From sequence record DRR378314_880: DNA of 64,000 bases; one strand, given 5' to 3'. The position numbers were made by a program, and so were the translations under genes. Of the stretch, positions 1-10,885 are shown one piece after another. The notes under the pieces are model-generated. The model made no database searches and was not told the DNA's origin. It was given only the letters and a program-made list of their open reading frames with translations. How positions within the stretch are numbered: position 1 is the first letter of the stretch; each line of letters opens with the position of its first letter.

Positions 1-1
1 G

Positions 2-283
2 AGCGGCGCCCCCAAGATCCGCGCCATGGAAATTATCGATGAGCTGGAGCCGGTCAAGCGCGGCGTCTACGGCGGCGCCGTGGGGTATCTCTCGTTCAAC
101 GGCAATATGGACACCGCCATTGCCATCCGCACCGCGGTGATCAAGGACAAGACGCTGCATATCCAGGCCGGTGCCGGCGTTGTCGCCGATTCGGTGCCCC
201 GCCTCGAGTGGAAAGAGACCATGAACAAGGGCCGCGCGATCTTCCGTGCGGTGGCCATGACCTACAACGATTTCGACCACTGA
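2..283 (+). CDS. trpE: Anthranilate synthase component I, C-terminal part (begins before window)
   Basis: [12 protein letters not shown]...[10 protein letters not shown]...AIAIRT...[10 protein letters not shown] chorismate-binding motifs; directly upstream of trpG. Confidence 0.93.
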   Translation, partial: SGAPKIRAMEIIDELEPVKRGVYGGAVGYLSFNGNMDTAIAIRTAVIKDKTLHIQAGAGVVADSVPRLEWKETMNKGRAIFRAVAMTYNDFDH

Positions 284-299
284 GGCGGAGGACAAGATT

Positions 300-881
300 A
301 TGTTGCTGATGATCGATAACTACGATTCCTTCACCTACAACGTGGTGCAATACCTGGCCGAGTTGGGTGCGGATGTTCATGTGTACCGCAACGATGAAAT
401 CACAGTGGAGGCCATCGAGGCGTTGAAGCCGGAACGCCTGGTAATTTCCCCTGGGCCCTGCACGCCGAACGAGGCGGGCATTTCCATGGCTGCCATCCGG
501 CATTTTGCCGGCAAACTACCAATCCTCGGTGTGTGCCTGGGGCATCAGGCGATCGGGCAGGTGTACGGGGGCGATGTGATTCGCGCCGGGCGGGTCATGC
601 ACGGCAAGGTATCCCCGGTTTACCACAAAGACGATGGCGTGTTCCGAGGCCTGAGCAACCCATTGCAGGCGACTCGCTACCATAGCCTGGTGATCGACAA
701 GGACACGCTGCCGGAGTGCCTGGAAGTCACTGCCTGGACCCGCAACGACGACGGCTCGGTGGAAGAAATCATGGGCGTTCGGCACAAGACTCTGCCCATT
801 GAGGGGGTACAGTTTCATCCAGAGTCTATTATGACGGAACAGGGCCATGAGCTGCTGCGCAACTTTCTGAAGACACAATAA
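300..881 (+). CDS. trpG: Anthranilate synthase component II (glutamine amidotransferase)
   Basis: [30 protein letters not shown] motifs; trp operon. Confidence 0.95.
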   Translation: MLLMIDNYDSFTYNVVQYLAELGADVHVYRNDEITVEAIEALKPERLVISPGPCTPNEAGISMAAIRHFAGKLPILGVCLGHQAIGQVYGGDVIRAGRVMHGKVSPVYHKDDGVFRGLSNPLQATRYHSLVIDKDTLPECLEVTAWTRNDDGSVEEIMGVRHKTLPIEGVQFHPESIMTEQGHELLRNFLKTQ

Positions 882-892
882 GAGGCCACCAC

Positions 893-1921
893 ATGGACAT
901 GAAAGAAGCACTGAACCGCATTGCCTCGAACCTGGACCTGTCCACCGAGGAAATGAAGGACGTTATGCGCATCGTCATGAAGGGCGAAGCCACCGATGCG
1001 CAAATCGGGGCCTTTCTCATGGGGTTGCGCATCAAGAGCGAAACCATTGACGAAATTACCGGCGCCACCGAAGTCATGCGGGAACTGGCCACGGGAGTGA
1101 CGGTCAACGCCGAGCCACTGGTCGATATTGTCGGCACCGGCGGTGACGGGGCCAACCTGTTCAACGTCTCCACCGCAGCGTCGTTTGTCGTGGCCGCTGC
1201 CGGCGGCTTTGTCGCCAAACACGGCAACCGCGCCGTGTCCTCCAAGAGCGGCAGCGCCGACCTGCTTGAGAAGCTGGGCATCAATCTGCAAATGGCTCCC
1301 GAGGAAGTCGCCCGCTGTGTGGAACAGATCGGCGTCGGCTTCATGTTCGCCCCGGCCCATCATGGGGCCATGAAGCACGCCATCGGGCCGCGCAAGGAAC
1401 TGGGTTGCCGCACCATTTTCAACATCCTCGGGCCCATGACCAACCCGGCCAGCGTCAAACGCCAGTTGATCGGCGTGTTCACGAAAGAACTGTGCCGCCC
1501 AATGGCAGAGGTTCTTTACCGCCTGGGCGCCGAACACATCATGGTTGTGCACTCGAAAGACGGGCTGGACGAAATCAGCCTGGCGAGCTCAACCCATGTG
1601 GCAGAACTGAAGAACGGCGAAGTGACCGAATACGACATCACCCCGGAAGACTTGGGCATCAAGAGCCAGGCCTTGGTGGGGCTGACGGTGGACACCGCAG
1701 AAGACTCACTGAAACTGATCCGTGCTGCCTTTGGCCGTGGCCACGATGAAATGGCTGAAAAGGCCCGTGACCTGATTGCATTGAATGCCGGCGCTGCGAT
1801 TTATGTGGCTGGCCTGGCGAAGACACCCACCGAAGGCGTGGATATGGCCCTGGACGCCATGGGCTCCGGCCTTGCCGCTGGAAAGATGTCTGAGCTGGCG
1901 GACTTCTCGCAATGTTTCTAA
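893..1921 (+). CDS. trpD: Anthranilate phosphoribosyltransferase
   Basis: [33 protein letters not shown] motifs. Confidence 0.97.
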   Translation: MDMKEALNRIASNLDLSTEEMKDVMRIVMKGEATDAQIGAFLMGLRIKSETIDEITGATEVMRELATGVTVNAEPLVDIVGTGGDGANLFNVSTAASFVVAAAGGFVAKHGNRAVSSKSGSADLLEKLGINLQMAPEEVARCVEQIGVGFMFAPAHHGAMKHAIGPRKELGCRTIFNILGPMTNPASVKRQLIGVFTKELCRPMAEVLYRLGAEHIMVVHSKDGLDEISLASSTHVAELKNGEVTEYDITPEDLGIKSQALVGLTVDTAEDSLKLIRAAFGRGHDEMAEKARDLIALNAGAAIYVAGLAKTPTEGVDMALDAMGSGLAAGKMSELADFSQCF

Positions 1922-1934
1922 TACGAGCCTGATA

Positions 1935-2747
1935 ATGAGCGACAGACATTTGGACAAGACGCCTACCATCCTGCGAAAGATCGTTGATCGGAAGTGGGGG
2001 GAAATTGACGAGCGAAAGACAAAGGTTTCTATTGGCGACCTGAGGGCCATGGCTGGCGATCAACCGCCAGCACGGGGTTTTGCAGACGCCCTTAGACGTC
2101 GCATCGAACAGCGAACGCCTGCGGTCATTGCCGAAATCAAAAAGGCCTCTCCCAGCAAGGGCATTCTCCGCGACCCATTCGTGCCCGACGCTATCGCAGA
2201 GAGCTACGAGAAAGGCGGCGCAGCCTGCTTGTCCGTGCTCACTGACAAAGACTTCTTTCAGGGCTGTGAAGACTACCTCAAAGCCGCCCGTGCCGCCTGC
2301 AGCCTGCCAGTCATCCGCAAGGATTTTATGGTGGCGCCTTATCAGGTCTATGAAAGCCGCGCTGTCGGTGCCGACTGCATCCTGCTCATCGCAGCCTGCC
2401 TGACCAGGGACCAGATGCAGGAGCTGGAAGGCATCGCCCATGAAATCGGGCTTGATGTGTTGGTGGAAGTGCATGATGGCGAGGAAATGGACGATGCCCT
2501 CACCCTGGAGACACCTCTGGTAGGCATCAACAACCGCAATCTACATACCTTTGATGTCTCTCTGGACACCACCTTCGACCTTCATGAACGGATTTCGGCC
2601 GACCGCCTGACGATCACCGAGAGTGGCATCATGACCCGGGCCGACGTAACCGCCATGACGGAACGCGGCATCTATGGTTTCCTGGTGGGGGAATCGTTTA
2701 TGCGGGCGGATGAGCCCGGGAACAAACTGCAGGAACTGTTTTTTTAG
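1935..2747 (+). CDS. trpC: Indole-3-glycerol phosphate synthase
   Basis: [35 protein letters not shown] at 1935 just after the trpD stop. Confidence 0.96.
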   Translation: MSDRHLDKTPTILRKIVDRKWGEIDERKTKVSIGDLRAMAGDQPPARGFADALRRRIEQRTPAVIAEIKKASPSKGILRDPFVPDAIAESYEKGGAACLSVLTDKDFFQGCEDYLKAARAACSLPVIRKDFMVAPYQVYESRAVGADCILLIAACLTRDQMQELEGIAHEIGLDVLVEVHDGEEMDDALTLETPLVGINNRNLHTFDVSLDTTFDLHERISADRLTITESGIMTRADVTAMTERGIYGFLVGESFMRADEPGNKLQELFF

Positions 2748-2802
2748 GAGCGCTTACTCAGAATCTGATGCAGGCCTACCCGCCGGCCTGCGCACCGCTG
2801 AG

Positions 2803-3417
2803 TCACCCCTCAGGTTCCGCCAAAGCCTCCTGCAACAACCCCAGCAAATGCGCCGGCATGCCTTCGGCAAGTTTCAGCGCAGCCTCGTGCCCTCGAGGCG
2901 ACATTTTCCCCCAGGTGCGACGGACAATGCGCAACCACTTTTCCCGATCGTAATCGGCTTTTTCCTCATAGAAATCCGCGAAGTAGCGCTCCAGGAACAC
3001 CATGCAGGCAACGTCTTCCAGCAGCTGTGTGTCCGCATCCTTGCGCAACTCCCGCTTGGTCAGGATCGTTTCTACCTTCTGGCATTCCTCCTGCGGAAAA
3101 CCACACTCCGACATAATCCCGGCAGCGCGGTGGCCATGCATGCGGCCACAGGCCTGACGCCATTCATAGTAGGCCTTGCGCCCCTCCGGGAAATCGCTGC
3201 GGGGCATGGTCCAGCGTTCAATGTGCTGCGCACGGCAAGCGACCTGCATGCGCTCCGAAGGGTGTGGCTCAAGCTCGAACAACCAGCGAGTCATGTGCTG
3301 GCTATAGGCGAACTCTTTCGGAAGCAAGTCGTCACCCACTCGTTCACGATTAGGGTCCGCAAGATTGGCCTCATCGATTGTCTCCAGGGCGCACTGTAAT
3401 TGGTGGGGTTGCGTCAT
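2803..3417 (-). CDS. DUF4202-like conserved protein
   Basis: IDEANLADPN, ACRAQHIERW..PR..FPEGR, QLLEDVACMVFL pattern. Confidence 0.75.
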   Translation of the reverse strand: MTQPHQLQCALETIDEANLADPNRERVGDDLLPKEFAYSQHMTRWLFELEPHPSERMQVACRAQHIERWTMPRSDFPEGRKAYYEWRQACGRMHGHRAAGIMSECGFPQEECQKVETILTKRELRKDADTQLLEDVACMVFLERYFADFYEEKADYDREKWLRIVRRTWGKMSPRGHEAALKLAEGMPAHLLGLLQEALAEPEG

Positions 3418-3634
3418 AGGCCAGTTGCCTGTTCCTTAAGCGAGAAAAGCGAAAATTTCCGGAATACTGCCCACATTCTAGCGCACTGGGGTACCCCACT
3501 CTACCACCGACAAACGCCCACACAGGTGCTTACTCTACTCTATGGAAGTACTCCCTTAACCTCATTGTTTTATGCAATCATTTCCTTAAAGATTCATACA
3601 GTGAACAATCAAGCTTTGAGAGAGTCGTTCCACT

Positions 3635-4768
3635 ATGCAATTGTCGAGGCCGTCGATACCGGAAAAGTGGCAATCTGCCTACGAGTCAAACCTCGAAGCT
3701 CTTGAGGGTAAGGTTGCCGTAGTAGCGGCCTGGCTGCTCCTGATTACCGTACTCATCTACCAGTTTTCCAATCCTCTCCGCCACCTCCACAGTTCCGAAT
3801 CACCGGGCATCGAATTTCTGTTCAGATCCCCCGTTATCCTGGCCTCGATCGCGACCCTGATCAGGCATTATTCTGACCGGTTCCATCGTCCTCACCGTTT
3901 TTTCCTGCGGTTAATGGGTCTGTCGGTTATGGCAATGATTCTGTCGATGATGCTGTTTTACCTGAATACCAGTTCCGCCGCGCTTTATCAGATCGGCAAC
4001 GGGCTGGTCATCAGTTTCTTTGGTGTGTCAGTACTTGCTGTACGGGGGATAAGGGAATGGATGCTGCTGTTCCTGCCGCCCCTGGCAGCGTTTGCCGGTA
4101 TGACCGTTTATCTGGGCATCCCACTCATGGATGTTCTGCCACTGCTTTTTGACCCTCTTATGATGATGCTTATTGGTCTGACAGTGATGGAGGCACTAAG
4201 GCGAGTTCTTGCCAGTGAATTCGAAACCCGCCAGAAACTTGGGGAAATGGCCGCAACGGATCAGTTAACCGGCCTATTGAACCGGCGAGCGATACGGACA
4301 CTGCTTGACTATGAGTTGCAACACGCCCAGAGGACCGATACCCCGTTTAGCCTGATACTCGGCGACCTCGACCTGTTCAAAAAAGTGAACGACACCTACG
4401 GGCACGATGTCGGCGACCTGGTGCTTCAGGAGACCGCCAGACGGCTTGAAGACGCGTTGAGGCGACAGGATTCACTCTGTCGCTGGGGCGGAGAGGAGCT
4501 GTTGGTATTGCTTCCGGATACCGATGGCAAAGGCGCTGAGGAGGTCGCGGAAAAGCTGCGAGCCTCAATGTCGGGTTCGTCGATTAAGGCGGGCGACAAC
4601 CGTGTTGAACAAACCATCAGTCTGGGTGTCGCCAGCTTTCAGAAAGGTGACGACATCGACGCCGTTGTCGGCAGAGCCGATAAAGCGCTCTACCGGGCCA
4701 AGCGTAAAGGCCGCAACCGGGTCGAAGTCGCCGGACGTGATGATGCAGAGCCTCCCGCTAGCGGTTAA
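3635..4768 (+). CDS. Membrane-anchored diguanylate cyclase
   Basis: Several N-terminal hydrophobic helices; DQLTGLLNRR, DLDLFKKVNDTYGH, RRQD I-site, GGEEL active site. Confidence 0.9.
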   Translation: MQLSRPSIPEKWQSAYESNLEALEGKVAVVAAWLLLITVLIYQFSNPLRHLHSSESPGIEFLFRSPVILASIATLIRHYSDRFHRPHRFFLRLMGLSVMAMILSMMLFYLNTSSAALYQIGNGLVISFFGVSVLAVRGIREWMLLFLPPLAAFAGMTVYLGIPLMDVLPLLFDPLMMMLIGLTVMEALRRVLASEFETRQKLGEMAATDQLTGLLNRRAIRTLLDYELQHAQRTDTPFSLILGDLDLFKKVNDTYGHDVGDLVLQETARRLEDALRRQDSLCRWGGEELLVLLPDTDGKGAEEVAEKLRASMSGSSIKAGDNRVEQTISLGVASFQKGDDIDAVVGRADKALYRAKRKGRNRVEVAGRDDAEPPASG

Positions 4769-5382
4769 ACCTGAGCGGAGGGGCGCTGCTTGACGCGATC
4801 ATACCAGGCCTGGAGATTGGTATGCTCGGGTTTGATGCGGATATCCACCACGCGCGCGAAGGCCACGGTGGTGAAGGCGTTGATGTCGGCGGCAGTAAAA
4901 CGGTCGCAGCAGATATACTCCCTGCCCTCCAGATGCTTATTGAGGAAGTGCATGAACTTCTCCACCGTGGTTCGGCACTCCTCTCCCCACTCCTTGATCG
5001 GGTTCATACGATCCTTGAAATAACCGCTGGTATGCTGGAAACACATACCCGTGGGCATGAAGAAGGAAAACTCGATCCAGCGCAGCCACTGTTCCACCTG
5101 AGCTTTTTCCAGAGGAGTACTCCCCAACAGCGTCGGCGTCTCTGGATAGCTTTCCTCGAAATAGCGACATATGGCCATGGTTTCTGCAATGCAGGTGCCG
5201 TCGTCAAGCTCCATCACCGGCACTTTCTTCATAGGGTTTTTTGCCGCGTACTCCGGCGTCAGGTTTTCGCCTTTCTGCAGATCAATTTCGACAAACTCAG
5301 CCTTATCCAACAGGCCCTTTTCAGACATGAACATTCGCACCCGACGAGGGTTCGGGGCGGTTTTAGTCTCAAGAATCTTCAT
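4765..5382 (-). CDS. Glutathione S-transferase family protein
   Basis: APNPRRV, NPMKKVPV, ETMAICRY, FTAADI; GGAG RBS before ATG 5382. Confidence 0.9.
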   Translation of the reverse strand: MKILETKTAPNPRRVRMFMSEKGLLDKAEFVEIDLQKGENLTPEYAAKNPMKKVPVMELDDGTCIAETMAICRYFEESYPETPTLLGSTPLEKAQVEQWLRWIEFSFFMPTGMCFQHTSGYFKDRMNPIKEWGEECRTTVEKFMHFLNKHLEGREYICCDRFTAADINAFTTVAFARVVDIRIKPEHTNLQAWYDRVKQRPSAQV

Positions 5383-5471
5383 TATTGTTGGCTCCATACG
5401 TCAGTTTGGCGGACTCTCCAAATTCGTATAGAAGACTGACGCGGAACATCAGTTGCGTCAAGCAACTGCAG

Positions 5472-6206
5472 TCAACGGGGCAGCCAGGTTCTGAGCTGAT
5501 GAATAATCCAGTCGGGATCATCCAGTGGTAAGTCATGGCCTGCGGATGGGTGCACCTTCAGCGTCCATTGCCAGCGCTGCTCAAGTACTCTACTGCAGCT
5601 CCAGTGAACAATGCGATCGCCTTTGCTCGCCAATAGCAGGGCATCTGGCAGCGGGCGCTGCGGCAGTGGCTTGTAAGACGCTGCGGCTTTCAACTGGGCA
5701 CAGGCGTTGCGGAATCCGACCGGTCGCTGGCGCTGGATGCGGTACCAGTGTTTGATGGTTTCAAGGGCCACGGGTTGGTTACAGGTCAGCCGCAAGATAT
5801 CCGCCTCACGGTCGAACAGCTCCCAGCGAGCCAGCAGGTGAGCAATGCGAGGCCAGGCGCCTGGCCTCATCCGGCGCCAGGGCGAACTGAACCCCGAGCT
5901 TGTGTTAATCAGCACGAGGTTCTGAATTTCGCCCTCAGCGACGCTCTGCGCCCAGTCCAGGGCCACCATTCCACCCATGGATAAAGCAAGCAGGCTGTAA
6001 GGTGCGGGGATGTGTTCAACACTGCAACGAACCTGTTCCCGAATGGCGGCGATACGGTCGGGACTTCGATCCTTGAAATGCACACCGGTACCCGGGAGAT
6101 CAACCTGATGAAACTGGTGGCCGGGAAACGCTTCCTCAAGCCTATGGATGAATGATCCCCAATGCGAATGTTCCCGGGTAAGCCCGCGCAACAGAATCCA
6201 GTGCAT
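5472..6206 (-). CDS. Alpha/beta hydrolase
   Basis: LLRGL..E..HW, DLPGTG, LSMGG nucleophile elbow, AGHDLP; starts 2 nt after the upstream gene's stop. Confidence 0.85.
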   Translation of the reverse strand: MHWILLRGLTREHSHWGSFIHRLEEAFPGHQFHQVDLPGTGVHFKDRSPDRIAAIREQVRCSVEHIPAPYSLLALSMGGMVALDWAQSVAEGEIQNLVLINTSSGFSSPWRRMRPGAWPRIAHLLARWELFDREADILRLTCNQPVALETIKHWYRIQRQRPVGFRNACAQLKAAASYKPLPQRPLPDALLLASKGDRIVHWSCSRVLEQRWQWTLKVHPSAGHDLPLDDPDWIIHQLRTWLPR

Positions 6207-6208
6207 GG

Positions 6209-7309
6209 TCAGTGATGGTCCTTGTACCAATGGGCGATGGCGGCTTCCCTCAGCATGGACGCCTCATCCGCCCTCGGCAACCAGTTTTGATGGTGAGCGG
6301 CAGCGCTGACCAGAAAATCGATGAACGTCAGATGGCTTCGCAGGACCCTTCGATGGCGGTGGGGAACAAGAGGATTGAAGAAGCCGTCCAGGCGCAGCAA
6401 CTGCCTTGGGCGTTTCTTGATCCATCGCCATGAACCCAGTTCCAGCGTCAGGGGAATGAATGCGCCTTCGCCACTACGGTTGATCGTCTTATAGAAGTAG
6501 TCCCACAGGTCACCGTGGGTCAAATAATGACGGGACTGGGGCTCAAAGCGGTAGTTGTGCTCAGGCCAGGCCTGCTCCCAGATCAGTTTCAACGCCATCA
6601 CCGATTCAATCCGTCGCATGGGGCGACGACGGTACGCATAGGGAAACCAGATCTGATCCTGCCAGCCGAAACCCGAGTGACAGTCCAATGCAACACTGAA
6701 CGGGCGACCGGGCAACAGCTCTGAAATAACGGATTCAAGGGCTTGATTCTCCGCTTCCATGCCCTGCTCGGGGTCGCCGATAAACCAGGGCAGGCGCGGT
6801 GAGAAGCGCTGCCCACCCAGCAAGAAAGCGCTTCGATCCTGGGCCGTGATCGGCGCGTTTCTCATCAAATCAACCCCGTTAGGGTTGCTGCGCTGGTTCA
6901 GGTACATACCGCCAGGGTTGAGGATAGGAAGCAGGGTAATCCGCACCTTCTTGAGCAGACTCTGGAGATGTTCATCCCAGGCCATCCGGGCAAGCAAGTT
7001 CCGCAACCAGGCCATCACGACCTCACTGCCGATGCGTTCAAGCCCGTGCACGCCGCCCACCAGCATGACCACCGGTGCGTCGGGCGCGTCGCTGCCAAGA
7101 TCAACGCGGTAAATCGGCAGGTCAATGTCTTTCAGGGCAACCCGCGAAAGGGTCTTTACCGAGACCTGCTCCGGTGCCTCCGCCAGCACACGCTCAAGCC
7201 GAATCATTTCCGGCAGGAAGGTTCTCAGCAAATGCCGCTGGCGGCTGTCGCGGCGGGACTGTTCTGCCGGAACGGCAGAATGGGGTGTCAGTTTACGCAG
7301 TTCTGTCAT
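6209..7309 (-). CDS. M14-family zinc carboxypeptidase-like protein
   Basis: GGVHGLE (HxxE), NPGG, NGVDLMRN, DCHSG, TLELG. Confidence 0.85.
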   Translation of the reverse strand: MTELRKLTPHSAVPAEQSRRDSRQRHLLRTFLPEMIRLERVLAEAPEQVSVKTLSRVALKDIDLPIYRVDLGSDAPDAPVVMLVGGVHGLERIGSEVVMAWLRNLLARMAWDEHLQSLLKKVRITLLPILNPGGMYLNQRSNPNGVDLMRNAPITAQDRSAFLLGGQRFSPRLPWFIGDPEQGMEAENQALESVISELLPGRPFSVALDCHSGFGWQDQIWFPYAYRRRPMRRIESVMALKLIWEQAWPEHNYRFEPQSRHYLTHGDLWDYFYKTINRSGEGAFIPLTLELGSWRWIKKRPRQLLRLDGFFNPLVPHRHRRVLRSHLTFIDFLVSAAAHHQNWLPRADEASMLREAAIAHWYKDHH

Positions 7310-7607
7310 GGGGCTCTCCAATGTCAGACAACCCTTCAAACTACGTCTGAATTGCTTCAGTTCGTTGACAGTGGAGCCCAAAACGCTGGAGGACATAGTC
7401 GTTTTCCGGCGACATTTTACATGAATGGCTTGTAACTCACGCTGAGGACGTTACTCTTAAAGATACGTAGTAACCGAGGTCATAGCATTTGTCTTGCCCC
7501 ATACAAGCGCAGTTTCAATACGGCGTCTTCACTTCTCGAGCGGTCTTCAGGGCCGCCTCAGCGGATCTTTTTCCGCGTTTTTTAAAAACCCACAAGGAGA
7601 ACCGATC

Positions 7608-8576
7608 ATGCGAAAGTTAACGCCAGTCGCGCTGCTTTGCGCGATGTCCGTGCCTGCATTTGCCCAGGCCGATTGCGGAGAAGTTTCCATTACCGAAATG
7701 GGCTGGGCCTCCAACACCGTCGTCACCAGCGTCGCCAAGTTCATTATGGAACAGGGGTATGGTTGTGACGTAACCGTGGTTCCCTCAGACACCGTACCGG
7801 CCGTTACCTCGGTCGCCGAGAACGGTGAACCGGATGTTGTCACCGAGCTGTGGCTCAACTCCGCCGGTGAGGCCTATCTGGAACTGGAGGAACAGGGAAA
7901 AATCGAGCGCCTGACCAAAGTACTGGAACCCGGTGGCGTTGAGGGTTGGTGGATTCCGACTTACCTGGCCGAGAAGCACCCCGAGCTGAAGACCATCGAA
8001 GGGGTGATGGAAAACCCGGAATTGGTGGACAGCCGATTTAACAATTGCCCAAGCGGCTGGGGCTGCCGTGTTGTCAGCGACAACCTGATCAGGGCGCTTG
8101 ACCTGGAAAGTTCCGGCATCGAGGTATTCAATCACGGTTCCGGCGAGACCCTGGCCTCATCCATGGCCTCAGCGGTGCAGTCTGAAGAGCCCTGGTTCGG
8201 GTACTACTGGGGCCCCACCGTGCCGCTCGGCAAGTTCGACATGACCCGCGTCGAACTGGGTGAGTACAAACCAGAGGTTCACACCCGCAACCAGACTCAG
8301 GACGCGGACAATCCAGGTGTCTCTGAATTCCCGGCTGCAACCGTGCTGACGTCCGTGACCACGGACTTCAAGGACCGTGAACCGGAAGTGGCGGAAATGC
8401 TCTCCAAACTGACCTTCAAGACCGACACCATGAGTGCCCTGTTGGCGTGGATGGACTCCAATAACGCGTCTGCTGAAGAAGCGGCCGTGTATTTCCTGAA
8501 CAACAACAGCGACGAGTGGTCGAGCTGGCTGAACGATTCAGCCAAGGAACGCCTGGCATCGGTTTTGGGCAGCTAA
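7608..8576 (+). CDS. Glycine betaine/proline-type ABC transporter substrate-binding protein
   Basis: Signal peptide; EMGWAS, EGWWIP, CPSGWGC, GYYWGPT; AAGGAG RBS. Confidence 0.88.
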   Translation: MRKLTPVALLCAMSVPAFAQADCGEVSITEMGWASNTVVTSVAKFIMEQGYGCDVTVVPSDTVPAVTSVAENGEPDVVTELWLNSAGEAYLELEEQGKIERLTKVLEPGGVEGWWIPTYLAEKHPELKTIEGVMENPELVDSRFNNCPSGWGCRVVSDNLIRALDLESSGIEVFNHGSGETLASSMASAVQSEEPWFGYYWGPTVPLGKFDMTRVELGEYKPEVHTRNQTQDADNPGVSEFPAATVLTSVTTDFKDREPEVAEMLSKLTFKTDTMSALLAWMDSNNASAEEAAVYFLNNNSDEWSSWLNDSAKERLASVLGS

Positions 8577-8591
8577 GTACGCTTCCAACCC

Positions 8592-8617
8592 TGCAGGGCC
8601 GGCTCCACGGCCCTGCA
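8592..8617 (+). other. Intercistronic stem-loop after the substrate-binding protein gene (mRNA stabiliser or partial terminator)
   Basis: TGCAGGGCCG-gctcca-CGGCCCTGCA perfect 10-bp stem. Confidence 0.6.
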
Positions 8618-8680
8618 AATCCACTGCCGAAGTGCTCAAGCACCCCATTCACACCCAAATCCCCTGGGAACTGACCACAC

Positions 8681-9715
8681 ATGGCTACCTACGATTTCGT
8701 GTTTTCATCACTGGGACTGGAAGACTGGTGTTCAGAAGGCCAAAGCGATGCCCCTATGTCGATGGCGGCGTTGCTGCAGAAAACCAAAGGCGCAGACGCA
8801 GAATCAGAGTCACTATGGAATTTGCCGTTTCCATCCATGGACGCACTTAACGAATCCTGCGCGGCCTTTCCAAAATCCCGGGAACTGACAAAAGGTCTTG
8901 AAGAGGGCTTTCTGTCCATCAAGGACAGTCTGAGTGTTGTTCTGGACCCTTTGACCCAACCATTAAGCTGGTTCCTTGACGGTGCCCTCTACGGCATGCT
9001 GAATACGCCCTGGTGGATCGTGATACCAGCGCTGCTGGCGGTGGTGTTTGTCGTCACCCAATCCTGGAAACTGGTGGGATTCGTCGCGGGAAGCCTGGTT
9101 CTTCTGGCCTTTATCGACTACTACCAGTACGCAATGGAGACGCTGTCGATCATTTTCGTTTGCGCGTTCCTTTGTGTGCTATTGGGCGTACCAATCGGCA
9201 TTGCCATGTCCCGAAGCGACATGATGCAGCGCCTGACCATTCCCGTACTCGACATGCTGCAGACGCTGCCGCCCTTCGTATACCTGATTCCGTTGATTTT
9301 CCTGTTCAGCGTGACAGAGTCCAAACTCTATGGCATCGCCATCATCCTCTACGCGATTGTGCCGGTGATCCGCCTCACCAACCTCGGTATCCGTCTGGTG
9401 GACAAGGACGTCATCGAAGCCGCCGATGCCTTTGGAATGACCAGCCAGCAAAAGCTGTTCAAGGTCCAGATTCCGCTGGCGCTGCCTAACATCATGGCAG
9501 GTGTGAACCAGACCATCATGATGAGCCTGGCCATGGTGGTCATCGCTTCCCTGGTATCCGCGCCGGGGCTCGGTGTGCTTGTGCTTCAGGGCATTCGTAA
9601 TCTGGAGCTCGGGGTTGGGCTGGTAGCTGGCCTCGGTATCGTTATTCTGGCGGTGATCCTTGACCGGGTAACCAAGGCCTCACTGGCGCGTATCAACGCC
9701 TCACAGAAACAGTAA
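8681..9715 (+). CDS. Betaine/proline-type ABC transporter permease (ProW-like)
   Basis: LDMLQTLPPFVYLIP, EAA loop (EAADAFG), IMAGVNQTIMMSL. Confidence 0.92.
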   Translation: MATYDFVFSSLGLEDWCSEGQSDAPMSMAALLQKTKGADAESESLWNLPFPSMDALNESCAAFPKSRELTKGLEEGFLSIKDSLSVVLDPLTQPLSWFLDGALYGMLNTPWWIVIPALLAVVFVVTQSWKLVGFVAGSLVLLAFIDYYQYAMETLSIIFVCAFLCVLLGVPIGIAMSRSDMMQRLTIPVLDMLQTLPPFVYLIPLIFLFSVTESKLYGIAIILYAIVPVIRLTNLGIRLVDKDVIEAADAFGMTSQQKLFKVQIPLALPNIMAGVNQTIMMSLAMVVIASLVSAPGLGVLVLQGIRNLELGVGLVAGLGIVILAVILDRVTKASLARINASQKQ

Positions 9716-9726
9716 GGGAGCAAATC

Positions 9727-10785
9727 GTGGACCGGGATATCAAGATTTCCATCCGGAACCTCTACAAGATTTTCGGCCCCATTCCCGATGTTGCCCTGGC
9801 GTACGTACGGCGGGGCATGGGGAAGGCCGAACTGCTGGAAAAGCACAACCACGTGCTGGGTCTGCAGGATATTAACGTGGATATGCGCGAGGGTGAGATT
9901 ACCGTCATCATGGGGCTTTCGGGCTCTGGCAAATCCACCCTGATACGCCACCTCAACCGGCTGATTGAACCCACCGCCGGCGAAATCGAGGTGGACGGCA
10001 AGAACGTGCTCGACTTCGATGAGGATGGCTTGCGGAAGCTGCGACGTGAGCATATGTCGATGGTTTTCCAGAAGTTTGCCCTTCTCCCTCACAAAACCGT
10101 GCTGGAAAACGCGGGCATGGCGCTTCTGGTTCGAGGCTACACCGTGCAGGACTTCGAAGGCGAAGCCAAAAAGTGGCTCGCACGGGTCGGGCTGGAAGGC
10201 AATGAATACCAGTATCCGCATCAACTCTCCGGCGGTATGCAACAGCGGGTTGGTATTGCCCGGGCACTGGCATCCAACTCCCCCGTGATGCTCATGGACG
10301 AGGCATTCTCAGCCCTGGATCCGTTGATTCGCTCCGACATGCAGGATTTACTGCTGGAGCTTCAGGAGGAATTGAAAAAAACCGTCGTGTTCATCACCCA
10401 CGACCTGGACGAAGCGCTCAAACTGGCCGACCACCTGGTGATTCTCAAGGAAGGACACATCGTTCAGCAGGGCGAGCCCCAGGAAATACTCATGCACCCC
10501 AACGACCCATACATCACGGATTTCATAAGCGACATCAACCGTGCCCGGGTTCTGAGAGTGCGTTCGATCATGGCAAAGACCCAGGAGCCACCCGCCGACT
10601 GCGCCGGCGATATTTCCGATCGGGACAACCTGGAGTCGGTCATCGCGCGGTCCGACGGTAATACCGATCTCGTGTATCGGGTGGTCAGAAAGGGCAATCA
10701 GGTGGGGATCCTCGACATGAAGGAACTGGTGAAGGCACTGGTGCCCGTCGATGCCTCCGAGGGCGATAGCCGCAGCCGCTATTGA
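9727..10785 (+). CDS. Betaine/proline-type ABC transporter ATPase (ProV-like)
   Basis: GLSGSGKS, LSGGMQQRVG, MDEAFSALDPLIR, ITHD. Confidence 0.93.
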   Translation: MDRDIKISIRNLYKIFGPIPDVALAYVRRGMGKAELLEKHNHVLGLQDINVDMREGEITVIMGLSGSGKSTLIRHLNRLIEPTAGEIEVDGKNVLDFDEDGLRKLRREHMSMVFQKFALLPHKTVLENAGMALLVRGYTVQDFEGEAKKWLARVGLEGNEYQYPHQLSGGMQQRVGIARALASNSPVMLMDEAFSALDPLIRSDMQDLLLELQEELKKTVVFITHDLDEALKLADHLVILKEGHIVQQGEPQEILMHPNDPYITDFISDINRARVLRVRSIMAKTQEPPADCAGDISDRDNLESVIARSDGNTDLVYRVVRKGNQVGILDMKELVKALVPVDASEGDSRSRY

Positions 10786-10885
10786 CCCGAACCCACTTTG
10801 GGCGGTCGTTGGCGGTCGGATGACAGCAGTGTGACAGACGGGCTATGATGGTTGAGTCGCCGTAGCTTCGCGGTGCTCTCAGACA

